A stretch of DNA of 63,142 nt, filler included, from Stramenopiles sp. TOSAG23-3 (GCA_900128585.1; 12 parts of 12 records of this genome joined end to end with filler, not necessarily neighbours in it); one strand, 5' to 3'. Positions 8,474 to 22,006 are shown, counted from the whole stretch's first letter. Numbers and translations are program-made. Notes: a model not told the origin generated them from the sequence alone.

Positions 8474-10396
8474 ATGGGGGATAGTACAAGCGCTACTGGT
8501 TCGACGGGTCAAGGCCAAAACCACCAGAATGATCGACGCACTTTTATGTCCAGAAAAAACTCTTGGGAAGAACCACCGCCCAATCACCAAGCGTTGAACG
8601 TCGTTTCTCCAGGCAAGGGCACCCCGTCCCCCTGGACGACGTATAGAAACGTGATCGGAAAACGTGTATTTATTGGACAAGTAGGCTTGGGCGTCACGGC
8701 GGTCTTCTTTTCAATTCTCCACCTGTTGGGCGTGTTTAACAAACGGGTGGAGTTTGCAGTGACCTTGGCCGCGCTTTACTGGCTCTGCTTTGTGATGTTT
8801 CTGGTTTTCTTGGGTCTTTTAATGTACAAAAACTTTTCAGTGGTTATTTTCAGGCGCATTTTGCGGGAAAGCAACCTTACCCCCTGTTTCATCATGTTGT
8901 TCTTGTACGTTTTGGTCGACCTTTCCAGTTTGCGCGCTGCAGCACGGCACGAGGCAAGGCTGTGGAAGGACAGTGCAGGGTCCGTAGCAGAAGACGCTGA
9001 CGGGCTTGTCCACGAGTCCGGGTTCATTGTGTACTCGGTGGGCTACGTGATTGGGGTGGCCGTCTTTCTCATTTCAGACGCTATCGAATTGAAAAGCAGA
9101 ATATTTGTGATGGCCACTGCGTTCCTTTTTGTCACCATCACCACGTGGAACGTGTTCTACCGCTTGGGGTGGCACCACGAAGCGGAGGCTTCGTTCGAAC
9201 TTCTCAATATTAAAGGCGTCACCGTGGACAAAGAGTCTACAAAAGGGATGTTTTTCATGGCAATATTTTCCCTTTCATTGAAAGGTCTCACGGCAATCGT
9301 GAGCGACCATGGCATGGACAAAATGGTCTTCGTTTTGCAGCACTCGGTTGTCCTGGACCGCCGCCGGCTGTCTGCTGCAATTCAGCACAGGCGGAGTTCT
9401 TCGAAGATCAAGAAAGACGGTGCAAATCACAACCCAAGCAACTCGCTGGAAGACTTAGACATGGAATTCGAGGACGATGGGGCGCCCAGCAACTGTTCGC
9501 GCAAAGCATGGGCGACCAGGTGCCAGGCCCTGTACCGAAACACAGCGCTTCGGAGGAAATGGAGTTCAATATGCTTTTGTGTGTCGTTCGTTGCCGGCGC
9601 GTTTGCGTATATTTTGATCACCTTGCTGGGCATTGTTCCGTCGGTGGCAACTCAGTTCGGAGAAGCAATTTCGGCCTTGTCCCTTGCCGGTGTCCTGGTG
9701 TCTGTCGGTGGACTGTTTTACGACAACACGTCCGAAGACATCGTGAAGCGAATAATAAAATCGCCCCAGATTCAATTCATTTTTTCCCTGCTCGTTCTGC
9801 TGGTCGTCGTGGATATCGTAGCGTACGATAACTTTCGGCACCGCTGCATTAGCCTCGTCTATTTGGTGTCCACAATGCTTGTCATTTTTGTTAGCGATGC
9901 AGTTGTATACAAACCCCAATATCTGGTCGTCACGGTTGCGGTCACTTTCACTGTGCTCACTTTGTTCAACATGGTTGTTCGCACCTTCGTCGGGGTCGAA
10001 AGCAGTGACATGGACATCCGTTACCTGGACTATAACGGGTCCAAGAAAAGGATATCGATTCAATCGTTGAAACGGTCGGCGTTTATAAATGTCTTTTTGC
10101 TGATGTTCAAAGGTTTGTACACTTTCGCCAGGCGCCCAGATGGGAAGGATTTTCTCCTCAAGAGAGGAACCAGGCACGTGACCCTTCAGAAATTCGAGCG
10201 GTTGCTCTTTATATTCGAACATTTGGATCGCACCACGGGTGGGGTGAAAGACGTGTGTAGCAGAGAGACCGTCCTCCACAAACTGTTTTACGAACAGCGC
10301 CAAGAAGAGATTCGAGCCGTGCTCGCATCACACCAAGGGGTCCGTTGGCGGAAAAGTAACCGGGCAAGCAAAGGGATCACTCTGCAAAATATTTAA
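8474..10396 (+). CDS. Uncharacterised multipass membrane protein made of two homologous ~6-TM halves
   Basis: 640-aa ORF with about 12 hydrophobic segments; the halves align (YKNFS..FRRILRE / YDNTS..VKRIIKS; ISDAIELKS / VSDAVVYKP; SLKGL / MFKGL). Confidence 0.8.
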   Translation: MGDSTSATGSTGQGQNHQNDRRTFMSRKNSWEEPPPNHQALNVVSPGKGTPSPWTTYRNVIGKRVFIGQVGLGVTAVFFSILHLLGVFNKRVEFAVTLAALYWLCFVMFLVFLGLLMYKNFSVVIFRRILRESNLTPCFIMLFLYVLVDLSSLRAAARHEARLWKDSAGSVAEDADGLVHESGFIVYSVGYVIGVAVFLISDAIELKSRIFVMATAFLFVTITTWNVFYRLGWHHEAEASFELLNIKGVTVDKESTKGMFFMAIFSLSLKGLTAIVSDHGMDKMVFVLQHSVVLDRRRLSAAIQHRRSSSKIKKDGANHNPSNSLEDLDMEFEDDGAPSNCSRKAWATRCQALYRNTALRRKWSSICFCVSFVAGAFAYILITLLGIVPSVATQFGEAISALSLAGVLVSVGGLFYDNTSEDIVKRIIKSPQIQFIFSLLVLLVVVDIVAYDNFRHRCISLVYLVSTMLVIFVSDAVVYKPQYLVVTVAVTFTVLTLFNMVVRTFVGVESSDMDIRYLDYNGSKKRISIQSLKRSAFINVFLLMFKGLYTFARRPDGKDFLLKRGTRHVTLQKFERLLFIFEHLDRTTGGVKDVCSRETVLHKLFYEQRQEEIRAVLASHQGVRWRKSNRASKGITLQNI

Positions 10397-10813
10397 AAGT
10401 CCACGAAGGCATTCATTCGATCGGAAACTTTGCACGGCGACAGGGAGTTCACATCTACCAATGTGATATCGGTAAGGAAAAGGAATTAATAGACGTTAAC
10501 GTATGGTACACATTTTATTGAAGTACATGAATTAAGTCGGTACTAAGTGACAACAAGGGTACATTGATTACTAAAATCACAACAGTAGAGATCAGTTCGC
10601 AGTACATTAATTTTAACTACTGAAAAATAACAGCCAATATTTTCGTTTTCTTTTTACACGTTGTCGTTGTATGGTATTATACGGAGACAAAATCAATATA
10701 ATTTATTATCAAATCTGAGTAAAGCCAAAAAACGAAGCAAAATCTCTTTTAAAACAATGATAGGGGAGAGAGTAAATTAAATTAATGTACACGCATGCAC
10801 CCAATAGAAACTT

Positions 10814-11614
10814 CTATATTCTGTACACTTGGGTTTTCTGGTTGGCGAGCGCAGCCGCCGCAGCAGCCGCGTCTACGACCTCTGCCGCCGCGGCATCTTC
10901 GAAACCAAGAAACGTTTGATTTTTTGCGTACCAAACTTGACGGTAGTAGTAATAGATCCAGTTCTGTCGAAGGTCACGCTCATCGTCCAAATTTACCAAA
11001 TCCTGCAGTTGCTTGTACTCTGGGCACAACCACGGCGAAGTCATGCACAACGCCGATATAATTTCGTACTTCGTGTTGACCCCATTTGCTTGGAGTTCGT
11101 TCTCCAAATAAGTATATACATTCCCCTGCAAGTCGGTCAATCGCACGAAGGTGACAGCCCACGTCCCATTGGCACTGAGGGCGGGAATGGCTTTCTTCAA
11201 CACCCACTCTCCCTGCAGCCGGGTTCCCGCAGAATTGGCGGACGTTCTCATAATGGACGTTGTGTCGGACCCGTCCCTCCCCGACGTCATTATTTCAACG
11301 GTCTTGCACCCGGAAAAGTCGTCCGATACCTGCAACGTCATAGTTACCGTTTGGACTTCGGACAGGACGTTCAGGACAAGCGGACGGTTGACGTTTGGCC
11401 CTTCAATCTTCAGTGCGGGCTTTGTGGGGTGGGAAAACATAAGTTTTGGGGGAGTGCTATCGTGGTACCCTATCGGCTTTAGCAACGGACTGTCTAAAAT
11501 ACGTTGACCTAATGTCGTAACGCCCGATTCCAGGGAAAAAACTGTGCCCAGCAGGACAGAAGAAACGAAAGCCAAAAACACCCGCCCAACGGGCAGCGTC
11601 CGGTTCGACACCAT
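10814..11614 (-). CDS. Secreted protein with a bacterial-type Ig-like module
   Basis: N-terminal hydrophobic signal (VFLAFVSSVLLGTVFS); pattern DSTPPKL ... VSDDFSGCKTV ... NGTWAVTFVRLTDLQGN resembles bacterial surface-protein Ig-like repeats. First ATG at 11614. Confidence 0.62.
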   Translation of the reverse strand: MVSNRTLPVGRVFLAFVSSVLLGTVFSLESGVTTLGQRILDSPLLKPIGYHDSTPPKLMFSHPTKPALKIEGPNVNRPLVLNVLSEVQTVTMTLQVSDDFSGCKTVEIMTSGRDGSDTTSIMRTSANSAGTRLQGEWVLKKAIPALSANGTWAVTFVRLTDLQGNVYTYLENELQANGVNTKYEIISALCMTSPWLCPEYKQLQDLVNLDDERDLRQNWIYYYYRQVWYAKNQTFLGFEDAAAAEVVDAAAAAAALANQKTQVYRI

Positions 11615-12746
11615 CCTTATGTGTGAATACAGTTCAAAACGAAACAAAACGTTTGTTCCCGTTCAACTATGCGAGGGAGAAGAGGGAGAACACAAGCAAA
11701 CAAAAGCGAAACAACAGTACTTCCCCATAAAATTCAACCCATTTCTTTTTTACAATCATCGTTAAATGTTCTCAATTCTTCGTAAGTTGGAAAGATATAG
11801 AAATTCAAATAATTTTCTTCCTCTGCGCCGCCGCCGCCGTTAACCTTTTAATTAGGGTTAGTATTAAGGTTAATTTATTCTGATCGATGATTGGTCCTTT
11901 TCTTATATTAAGGTATTAATTATTATTAAGGAAATATTATATTTGTTTTAAAAAGAGGCTTTTTATTTTTCCGTTACTAATTATAATCTATCGTCTTCCT
12001 TCTTCGTCTTCCTTCTTCAACTTTCTTTTTTTCTTTTTTTCTCTTTGGCTGGAGGTTTGAGGTTTGGGGAAGCAAGAAGAAGCGGGTTTGGTATTAATAA
12101 TATAAATGTACTTTGTTGAAAAGAAGAAGTGGAACATGGTAACGGAAAGAAGAGGTGGGTTTGGACTGTTTAGTCTCGTTTTGTAGTTTTATTTCCTGTG
12201 CATTCTTTCTTTCTTTCTATGAGTTCTTCTGTTTCCGGTCTCTGGTCTCTGGTAGTCCTACAATTCGCGCCTTCTCTCTTGCCAACTATCAACTGCTACG
12301 GCGGTATAATAGAGATGACATAGTAGCAACAGAGCAAGAAGAAGAAGCTCTTCTCGCTAAAAGCCTATAACCCATTAATAAACAGGACAGAGCAGGGAGC
12401 AGGGAAGTCGATAGAAGAAGAAGAAAAAAAGGAGGACGACCGACCGACTGCCGACGCGACGACGGCGAGAACAAGTTTATTCGAGAACGGTATCGCTTTT
12501 CGGTCCATTCGCATACACGTGCGATATGTTTTTATTCAGTTGAAACGCCTACTGGATAATCTTGCACTGCATTGTACAAAAGTGTACCAGTATTTCTAAA
12601 AGAATTCATTGATAGAAGTCGAACAGGCACCGTTTGTTCACCACCCAAGAGCGCGCATGTGGGAGAATACGACTTAAAAGCCTTGGGGGTTCGAAGGGAT
12701 AGAAGAAGAAAAACGTTGAACGAACGTTGGGAGTTAGGGTGCTATC

Positions 12747-14553
12747 ATGTCCATAACTAAAAGCTACGGGGGCACCAAAATCCCGGCGGCAACGGCAGGG
12801 ATCGACATTATGTTCGAGCGAGAGGCAGGCATTTACCGAATAGACGTAGGCCACATAGCACATTATGGTTCTACGTGGGACTTGTCCAGGGCAAAGCGGG
12901 AAAACTTGGAAAAGCTAGTGCACGGGGAGCACGAGCACCACTGGCTTCAAAAAGAATTTTTTCAGGTAGGGCTCGGTAGTACTTCCTTTGAAATTATCGA
13001 AAAGGTAGAGTGGCCCCGCTCTACAGTGTACAAAAAGCAAAAATGGCAAGAAACGAACGCCAGGAAAGGCCGAAGGTACACCGTTAGGTCCTCGTCGGGC
13101 ACAGTCCCGGAGCGAGTGCCAGGGTTTAATTTTCAGCGTTTTGAACGACTGCTAGGAAAGCACTTGGAGTACCACCATGTTGCGTACCTGCAGGATGAGC
13201 TGAAAAAAGTGTTGACGGTGTACCGAAGAAAAGTTGCCCGGCCAAAATGGTTGCGGTGGTGCGTCGCAGTAAAGTCACAAATAGAAATCGAGAGGATGGC
13301 AGCTGCAATGCAGATTTCCCGGGTGTATAGGGGCCACGCCGCCCGCTGCAAACTGTACCGTCGCCGAAGGCGGGAAGCCGTGCCGACGATCCAAAGGTAT
13401 TACCGGGGGCACATGGGGCGTAAAAGAATAGAAAAAAGGAGGCTTGCAGTAGCACGCTTGCACGGGGCGACGGTCATCCAAAACGTCTGGCGAAAGCACA
13501 TTGCGAAAAACATCACAAACGTTCTTCGGGCCCACAAGCGGCTGTCCCGGGCTGCGACCAACATCGAGAGAGTCTTTCGCGGCTTCAAGGGCCGGAAGCT
13601 GGCGTACTCGATCAGGTTAGAAAAGGCAGTGCTTCGGGTTCAGACAAGCTGGAGGGCGCACCATGGCAAGTTAAGTTACCAGATGAAAAAAAGGGCGTTG
13701 GCGGTGAAACGCGGATGGGAAAACGAGGGTGCGATTGCGTTCCAACGAATCTTCAGAGGGTACATGGCTCGAAAGTTAAGGGCACACTTGGAGTTCGTTC
13801 GTTTGGAGCACGCCGTGCTGCGCATACAATGCTCGTGGCGGAGGAAGCAGGGACAGTACACTTACCACCTGTTACAAAAGGCAAAAAAGGAGAGGGAGGC
13901 CCACGATCGGCAGGTTCGGGAAGAGAAAGAGGCCTACGATGCCCTGTTGAGCCAGATGGCAATCCGGATCCAGTGCGCATGGCGCCGAAAAAAAGGGTCC
14001 ATGTCGTACCACCTGAAAATGCAAGCACGAAAGCATGATATGGAAGAACAAAAGCTGCGGGACGATGCGGCCCACCGTATACAGATGTGGTGGCACAATG
14101 CGCAAGGTAACTTTGCAGCCCGGCTTAACGCTCGCGCGAAACTAGCCTCCCGCAGACACAAACGCGAGCGAAAACGCGCAGCTATGAAAATCCAAGCTTG
14201 GTACCGTGGCTGTACCGGCCGACTAGCGTACCACTTGAAGCAACAAGCAAAAGCGCACATGGAAGAAGAATACCATGCCGCGTCGAAGATTCAGATATGG
14301 TGGCACCATTTAAATGGGAATTTTGCGGCGCAGCTGAAAGCACGGGCAGAAGTTCAAATGCGACGGATAGCGCTAGAAGAGAAATTAGAAGCTCAAAAAC
14401 TAGAGCGTGCCGTAATCCGCGTCCAAAGCCTTTGGCGGAAGAAAAAGGGCCAATTTGCGTACCACTTGAAGCTGCTTGCCCGCCGAGAGCAGAAGGAGTA
14501 CGAAATACGGTTGGAAAGGGCTGCCATTCGCGTGCAAGGGGCGTGGCGAAAAA
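12747..14553 (+). CDS. GIY-YIG-like domain + long IQ (calmodulin-binding) motif array, 3'-truncated
   Basis: N-terminal GIYRI..HYGST.DL...L..GEH...LQKEF...G...FEIIE; more than a dozen IQ-like motifs (ISRVYRGH, IQRYYRGH, IQNVWRKH, IERVFRGF, VQTSWRAH, FQRIFRGY, IQCSWRRK, IQCAWRRK, IQAWYRGC, VQSLWRKK and others); runs into the linker. Confidence 0.85.
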
Positions 14554-14728
14554 NNNNNNNNNNNNNNNNNNNNNNNNNNNNNNNNNNNNNNNNNNNNTTA
14601 ATTAATTAANNNNNNNNNNNNNNNNNNNNNNNNNNNNNNNNNNNNNNNNNNNNTTCCTCCCCCAATCCTGGGAGGCACGCAGAACCAAAACGTGCAGACG
14701 CGCAGGCGTTGAAAGAGCGCGCCGGAAC

Positions 14729-15412
14729 TCAGTACCCACCCGGATTGCTGGTGAGAAACTTCATTTCCGAGTTGCCATCTGCCAGTTTTCGCTCTCGTTT
14801 CAACCCTTTGGAAAACAGGTAGTCCCCGGAATCGAGCACTTTCCGGTCCAACGGCGACACTTTCACGTGCCCCATCCGCGCTTTGATTGCCCACTGCTTT
14901 GCAGCCCTCATTTTATCTAGCCAATCGTCCCGTTCAGTCTGGTTTCTCGCCCTCAGCGTGTACTCTTTCCGTATCGTTCGCACGACCATCGTGACGTTTT
15001 CCTCGTCGTCGCCCGGGTCGGAGGACGACTGTTGGGTATGGAACGTTGCGTCTTCGATCGGAACGGGCAAGCCCTTGGGGGAGGTACTATTTTCATTTTT
15101 GTACCGGAAGAGATACCCAGACCTGAGGACAAAATACCGGCGTTTGTAAATGGGGCGGTCGAGGCCGCAGCACGGAATCCAACTCAACAGGCCGTGGTAC
15201 GGCCAGCCCTGTTTCAGTAGAAACCCAGCCCTCACCGAGGGGTTCTCCGGGGCGTCTTGCATCAGGTCAAGAGCCGACGGAACTTTCGACCCACCATCTA
15301 AAAATTTCGACATGTTTAGCAGGAAAGGCTTAGTCTCACTCAAAGAGGAAAGATCGTCGTTTTCTTCGTCACTTCCTTGGTTGCTTGCTTTGGTAGTCGG
15401 CCTTTTTCGCAT
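14729..15412 (-). CDS. PH-domain protein
   Basis: VRAGFLLKQG ... YKRRYFVLRSGYLFRYKNE...PKG ... YTLRARNQTERDDWLDKM is a canonical PH signature. Confidence 0.88.
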   Translation of the reverse strand: MRKRPTTKASNQGSDEENDDLSSLSETKPFLLNMSKFLDGGSKVPSALDLMQDAPENPSVRAGFLLKQGWPYHGLLSWIPCCGLDRPIYKRRYFVLRSGYLFRYKNENSTSPKGLPVPIEDATFHTQQSSSDPGDDEENVTMVVRTIRKEYTLRARNQTERDDWLDKMRAAKQWAIKARMGHVKVSPLDRKVLDSGDYLFSKGLKRERKLADGNSEMKFLTSNPGGY

Positions 15413-16307
15413 ACTACAAATTCAACGAACGAGTCACAAAATGCTTCAACCACGAAACAACTGTACGAGAAAAGAAGCAAACGGTTGGTGGTGGATGAAG
15501 GAGAGAGAAGAAAGGAAAAACAACCGAGACAGAGAACAACTTTAACAGATCAAATGGTTGAAATTATAAGAAATCTAGGGATGGGGATACGTAGAAGAGG
15601 TATGGGATGGACTGACACGTGACTTTCTAATAANNNNNNNNNNNNNNNNNNNNNNNNNNNNNNNNNNNNNNNNNNNNNNNNNNNNNNNNNNNNNNNNNNN
15701 NNNNNNNNNNNNNNNNNNNNNNNNNNNNNNNNNNNNNNNNNNNNNNNNNNNNNNNNNNNNNNNNNNNNNNNNNNNNNNNNNNNNNNNNNNNNNTCTTCTT
15801 CTTTATAATTTGAATGATGAGAGAGAGGTATTAGGAGTACGAGGAGGTCTAAAATAATAGAAGGAGGTAGAGACAAGCAGTTGTTGTTGTTTTTATTACT
15901 ACTATATAATAATAATAATAATAGTCCTCGTTGTTGACGAACGAAATTTTATTAGAACGACGTACTAATAATAATTATAATACAATTATTAGACACTCTA
16001 CTATTAATACTATTATATGAGGAGTACTGTAATACCGTAAAAAAAAATATTATTATTATTATTATCTTCTATAGGACTAAATAATAATAATAATAATAAA
16101 ATATAATAAAAAATAATAGACGAAGAACGAATAATAATTATAAATTAATCATTCTTTTTAACAGTGATAATTTCAATTTTTTAACTTCTTTCACCCCTTT
16201 CCCCCCTCCTTCGGTTTGTTAGTGTGTTTGTTTGGTAAGATTACTGGATTTGTTCTTGTTGTTTGTTGTTGAGGAAACGGTGCAAACCTTTGTTGGGTGA
16301 ACGAGAT

Positions 16308-17192
16308 ATGAGCGGTGCGTCTTCTTCGGTTGAAGCTGCGTCGTTCCCGAAACGTGGGGAACCGACGAAAAAACCGAAAGTGTCAGAAACGTTGAGGGAG
16401 TTTTCAGCTGGAATAATTCAAGGGGCAGTAATTGCGGGGACGTTTTCGCCATGGGATCGTGCACTTTACCTTTCGGTCAAAGACCAGAAACCATTTTTCG
16501 AACCAAGTTGTTGGAGGAACCCGTACCAGGGTTTTTTGAACGGAATGCTTCAGCGCACGCTGAGCGCTGGCCTGTACTTTCCCCTTTTCGATTTTTATAT
16601 AAAGCCGTTGAGAGAGCTGATACCGGGGAAGGACGGCTCGAAATCTATATACAGTACAGTGTTGGCGGGCAACTTTGCTGGCGTGACTAGTGGCGTAGTG
16701 TTGAATAGTTTGTGTGTCGTCAAGTACGGGAACTGGGGAAGCGAGGTTAGTGCGCTGCAGACGGCGAAGCTTTTGTTTCGTCGGGGGGGCATAAGGACAT
16801 TTTTCAACGCTACCGGGACCACGGCCATGCGGGACGCCATTTTTGGAACAGTGTACGCTGGAATTAGGTACCAGATTGCATCGTCAGAGAGCCCAAGCAA
16901 GTACCAGAGCATGTTTGCATCGGTCGTTGCGGGTGGGACGGGCACCGTCATCAGCTCGCCCTTGAATTACGCCAGGAACATGAAGTACGCTGCGGGCGCC
17001 GCAGGGCTGCCGAGCCCTTCGATGGGAACTATTTTTGCCGAATTATTTTCGGACACGCTGAAAGAGGAGAGGCAGTTCGCGTACCTTCAAGGGAGACTTA
17101 GGGTCGGCTGGGGGACTGCCAGAGTTGGGATTGGGATGGCAGCGGGGTTTGAGTTGTACGAGTACCTGAAGGTCAATCTTCCTCAATTCTGA
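16308..17192 (+). CDS. Mitochondrial carrier family (SLC25) protein
   Basis: About 295 aa with three repeats carrying carrier-like motifs (SPWDRALY, NSLCVVKY, SPLNYARN; YQGF, GGIRTFF) and six hydrophobic segments; first ATG at 16308. Confidence 0.82.
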   Translation: MSGASSSVEAASFPKRGEPTKKPKVSETLREFSAGIIQGAVIAGTFSPWDRALYLSVKDQKPFFEPSCWRNPYQGFLNGMLQRTLSAGLYFPLFDFYIKPLRELIPGKDGSKSIYSTVLAGNFAGVTSGVVLNSLCVVKYGNWGSEVSALQTAKLLFRRGGIRTFFNATGTTAMRDAIFGTVYAGIRYQIASSESPSKYQSMFASVVAGGTGTVISSPLNYARNMKYAAGAAGLPSPSMGTIFAELFSDTLKEERQFAYLQGRLRVGWGTARVGIGMAAGFELYEYLKVNLPQF

Positions 17193-17905
17193 GGAGTTCC
17201 GGCTCGTATTAAAAAACAAACAAAATGCGAAATATGACAAAAGGAAGGACACACGTACTCTTTGCACAGAAAAACGAGATGCGCATGTACGAATAACATG
17301 TATTTCGTCACTACTTATTAAACAAGAAAATTTGCTGTTATTAAAATAAGCAAATTGGCTGTTGTTTAAGTAATTAAAATTAATAAACTGTACTGCGAAC
17401 TGAAATCTACTAAACATTCGAGGTTTACATTCCTTCATGTACTGCGAACTTATCTTTGCTCTTGTGGTTTTATCAATCTCAGATGTACTCCATGATCTGA
17501 ATCGGTAGGTGGATTAGCAATGCTTCCAGATGACCCATAATGAACTTCCTCGTCCGGTGTCTCATTCCTTATGTGTGGTTTTCAAAGCAGCGGCGTAATT
17601 GTTTTAGAGGTGCTCGTCACTACTTATTAAAAAGGCTTGGCAGTTGGCACACACTCTACAGGTCAGATTTTGTCGGTACGTGATTAAGAACTTTTTACTT
17701 TTTAGTACCTTCCAACACTACATCATAGCTCTTGACACAACTCTATTTTAAAATTTTTTTATAGAAGGAAAATAAAATTTTGATTTAAAACTAAACTATT
17801 TTTAAGGAAACTATCATATTTTAGACGCACATGCACGCGTTCAATCCACCACTATATACATGACACGACAGGACACCAACAAGACATGGGTGCTGGGAGA
17901 CGGGA

Positions 17906-19894
<1,989 letters not shown>

Positions 19895-20041
19895 TCAAAA
19901 GGACCTATAAAGTTGTTGTTGTTTGTCTGAACACAGAAAGAAACGATTGATTGAAAACGTATTAAATTGTATATGAGATATTCAGAACGTACCATAAGAG
20001 CAAGTAACATTCGGTCCCGAACATCAAATTTCAGATTTTGA

Positions 20042-20042
20042 T

Positions 20043-20086
<44 letters not shown>

Positions 20087-20087
20087 T
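20042..20087. repeat. (TTTC)n microsatellite
   Basis: About 11 copies; a larger (GAAA)n tract lies at 29285-29355 and a (CTCTT)n tract at 59515-59572, both at contig ends. Confidence 0.95.
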
Positions 20088-20747
20088 ATTAATTCCTTTT
20101 TTCTCCTTCTTTTTTTGTGATTGTTGATGTGACTTCTTCTCAGCCACGGAAATAATGAAAAACTAGAGTCCCATTTTTATTAAGGATATATATACATAAG
20201 AATTAATATATGTGTTAGTAGTAATGGTAATGGATGTGTTTATTGGAAAGTATTCTTTGTCGCTTATTGATATTAATAACAAGTAAAGAGTATAGAACAA
20301 AATTAAAATGAAAACTAAATATAAATAAATACATACACACAGTATATAATATATAAATAAACATATATCCTTAACATTAGATTCAACTCGAAATAAAATG
20401 AATCAATGAATAAAATAAAAATAGTATCAGTATACTAAATAGTAATATGTCCTATTTAATTTTTATTTTTAATGTCGTCTCTCAAATAGAAAGAAGAAAG
20501 AAGGAAGCCTTTTTTTCGCTTCGCTTTTCTTTCGCTTTCGGCCCACTCAAGTGAAGTACTGATAGGAAATTATATTTATAAGAATATATAAATATTTAAA
20601 TAAGTACATCTTGAATTAATTGTGGCGAGTATAGAATATATAATAAGTATAATATTAGAATATAACTTTTAGATAGATATTTGTTTAATAATTCTTTCCA
20701 TCTCATCATCGCATCATCATCATCACATTGGTTTGAAAGTCACCATA

Positions 20748-21401
20748 CTACTGTCCATCTGCCAACCTTTCTCGAATGATTTCCAACGTCCTTGTCTTAA
20801 TGACAATGGTCCCCGTTGCAGAGTATACCCCATACCCTGTAGCACAAACGGTGACGAGGAGGGACACAGAGGCCGTATAAATGTGGTAGTTAAGGCTCGT
20901 CGACAAAAGAAAATGGATCCCATACAGGACTAGTAGTTTTTGCAAATGCGCTAGCGGCGCATGCACCCTAGCATCCCCTAGCTGCTGAAACAACAGCCGT
21001 GTTTCCTGTTTAGGAATGTGCGCCAGCTGCGTCAGCATGACGCAGGCAAGAAACACCATCAGGAATGCGATGAAAAAGGCGACCACGACGAGTACTTGGT
21101 TCACTTCAATGACCCACGGGGTAAGCGTCTCTCCCCATACGTTCTGAATCCCTTCCGGGTTCGGCCTTTCCGTGGCCGCCGGGGCGAGAAAGGACATGAT
21201 CAACGCGCCAACGAGCGCACAGGTCGAATACACATTTACGTAATCGTCGTTCAACTCTTCGGGCCCAGTAAGGGCCATAATATTATCGAACTTCTGCCGC
21301 GTGTCCTTGTTCGATGTACCAAGGGTTTCCGCAACAAACGTTTTCGTCGCATCGCTTGAGAACCGCCGGGTCGCCGGAGCTACCTGCTTACTATTTGCCA
21401 T
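20748..21401 (-). CDS. Small 4-TM membrane protein, possibly PGG-domain-like
   Basis: Hydrophobic segments CALVGALIMSFLA, VLVVVAFFIAFLMVFLACVML, LLVLYGIHFLLST, SVSLLVTVCATGYGV; ATG at 21401. Family assignment is tentative. Confidence 0.6.
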   Translation of the reverse strand: MANSKQVAPATRRFSSDATKTFVAETLGTSNKDTRQKFDNIMALTGPEELNDDYVNVYSTCALVGALIMSFLAPAATERPNPEGIQNVWGETLTPWVIEVNQVLVVVAFFIAFLMVFLACVMLTQLAHIPKQETRLLFQQLGDARVHAPLAHLQKLLVLYGIHFLLSTSLNYHIYTASVSLLVTVCATGYGVYSATGTIVIKTRTLEIIRERLADGQ

Positions 21402-22006
21402 GACGACGGTTAATTCTATACACCAAACGCACAAAAGTAGCGCAACACAAAGGTTAAAAGAAAAACGGTGTATTCCTTTGCACTAGTCCAACGTTGAAGA
21501 AGAAGAACAGAAGAACGTAGTGGCAGAACCATTTAACCAGGTACGTAACGGTGGTATTGATGTTTTAATTTTTTTAATTTAAAAAAAAATTATTATTATT
21601 GTTGTATTGAAACTCTACAACATGGTCATAACAGGTGGTTCAAACGAAACGCTTTTTTCAAAAATAGAAGTAAGAAGAAAAAAGAATTCTTCAGTTCCTC
21701 CTTGGTACCTTGGTATAATACCACCACAAGAAGGGCACAACAGGTATTTTATTATAACAGAAAAAAATTAATGATTCAACAACTTAATTTAATTAACTAC
21801 TAGACTACCGTAGTCAACGATACGATACGACAAAGGTCAAACCCTCCGGAAATAGATTTAGGATTAGGGTTAGNNNNNNNNNNNNNNNNNNNNNNNNNNN
21901 NNNNNNNNNNNNNNNNNTTAATTAATTAANNNNNNNNNNNNNNNNNNNNNNNNNNNNNNNNNNNNNNNNNNNNCCAAGATAAAACTTTTATCGCTCGTAC
22001 GAATCT

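Noticed and set aside
12572-12760. Upstream ORF overlapping the start of the GIY-YIG/IQ gene
   Set aside because: Different frame, TTG start and no supporting motif; it could be an upstream exon but the sequence alone does not show this.
21857-21873. True telomere at a contig end
   Set aside because: Only two to three imperfect units, and similar motifs occur internally.
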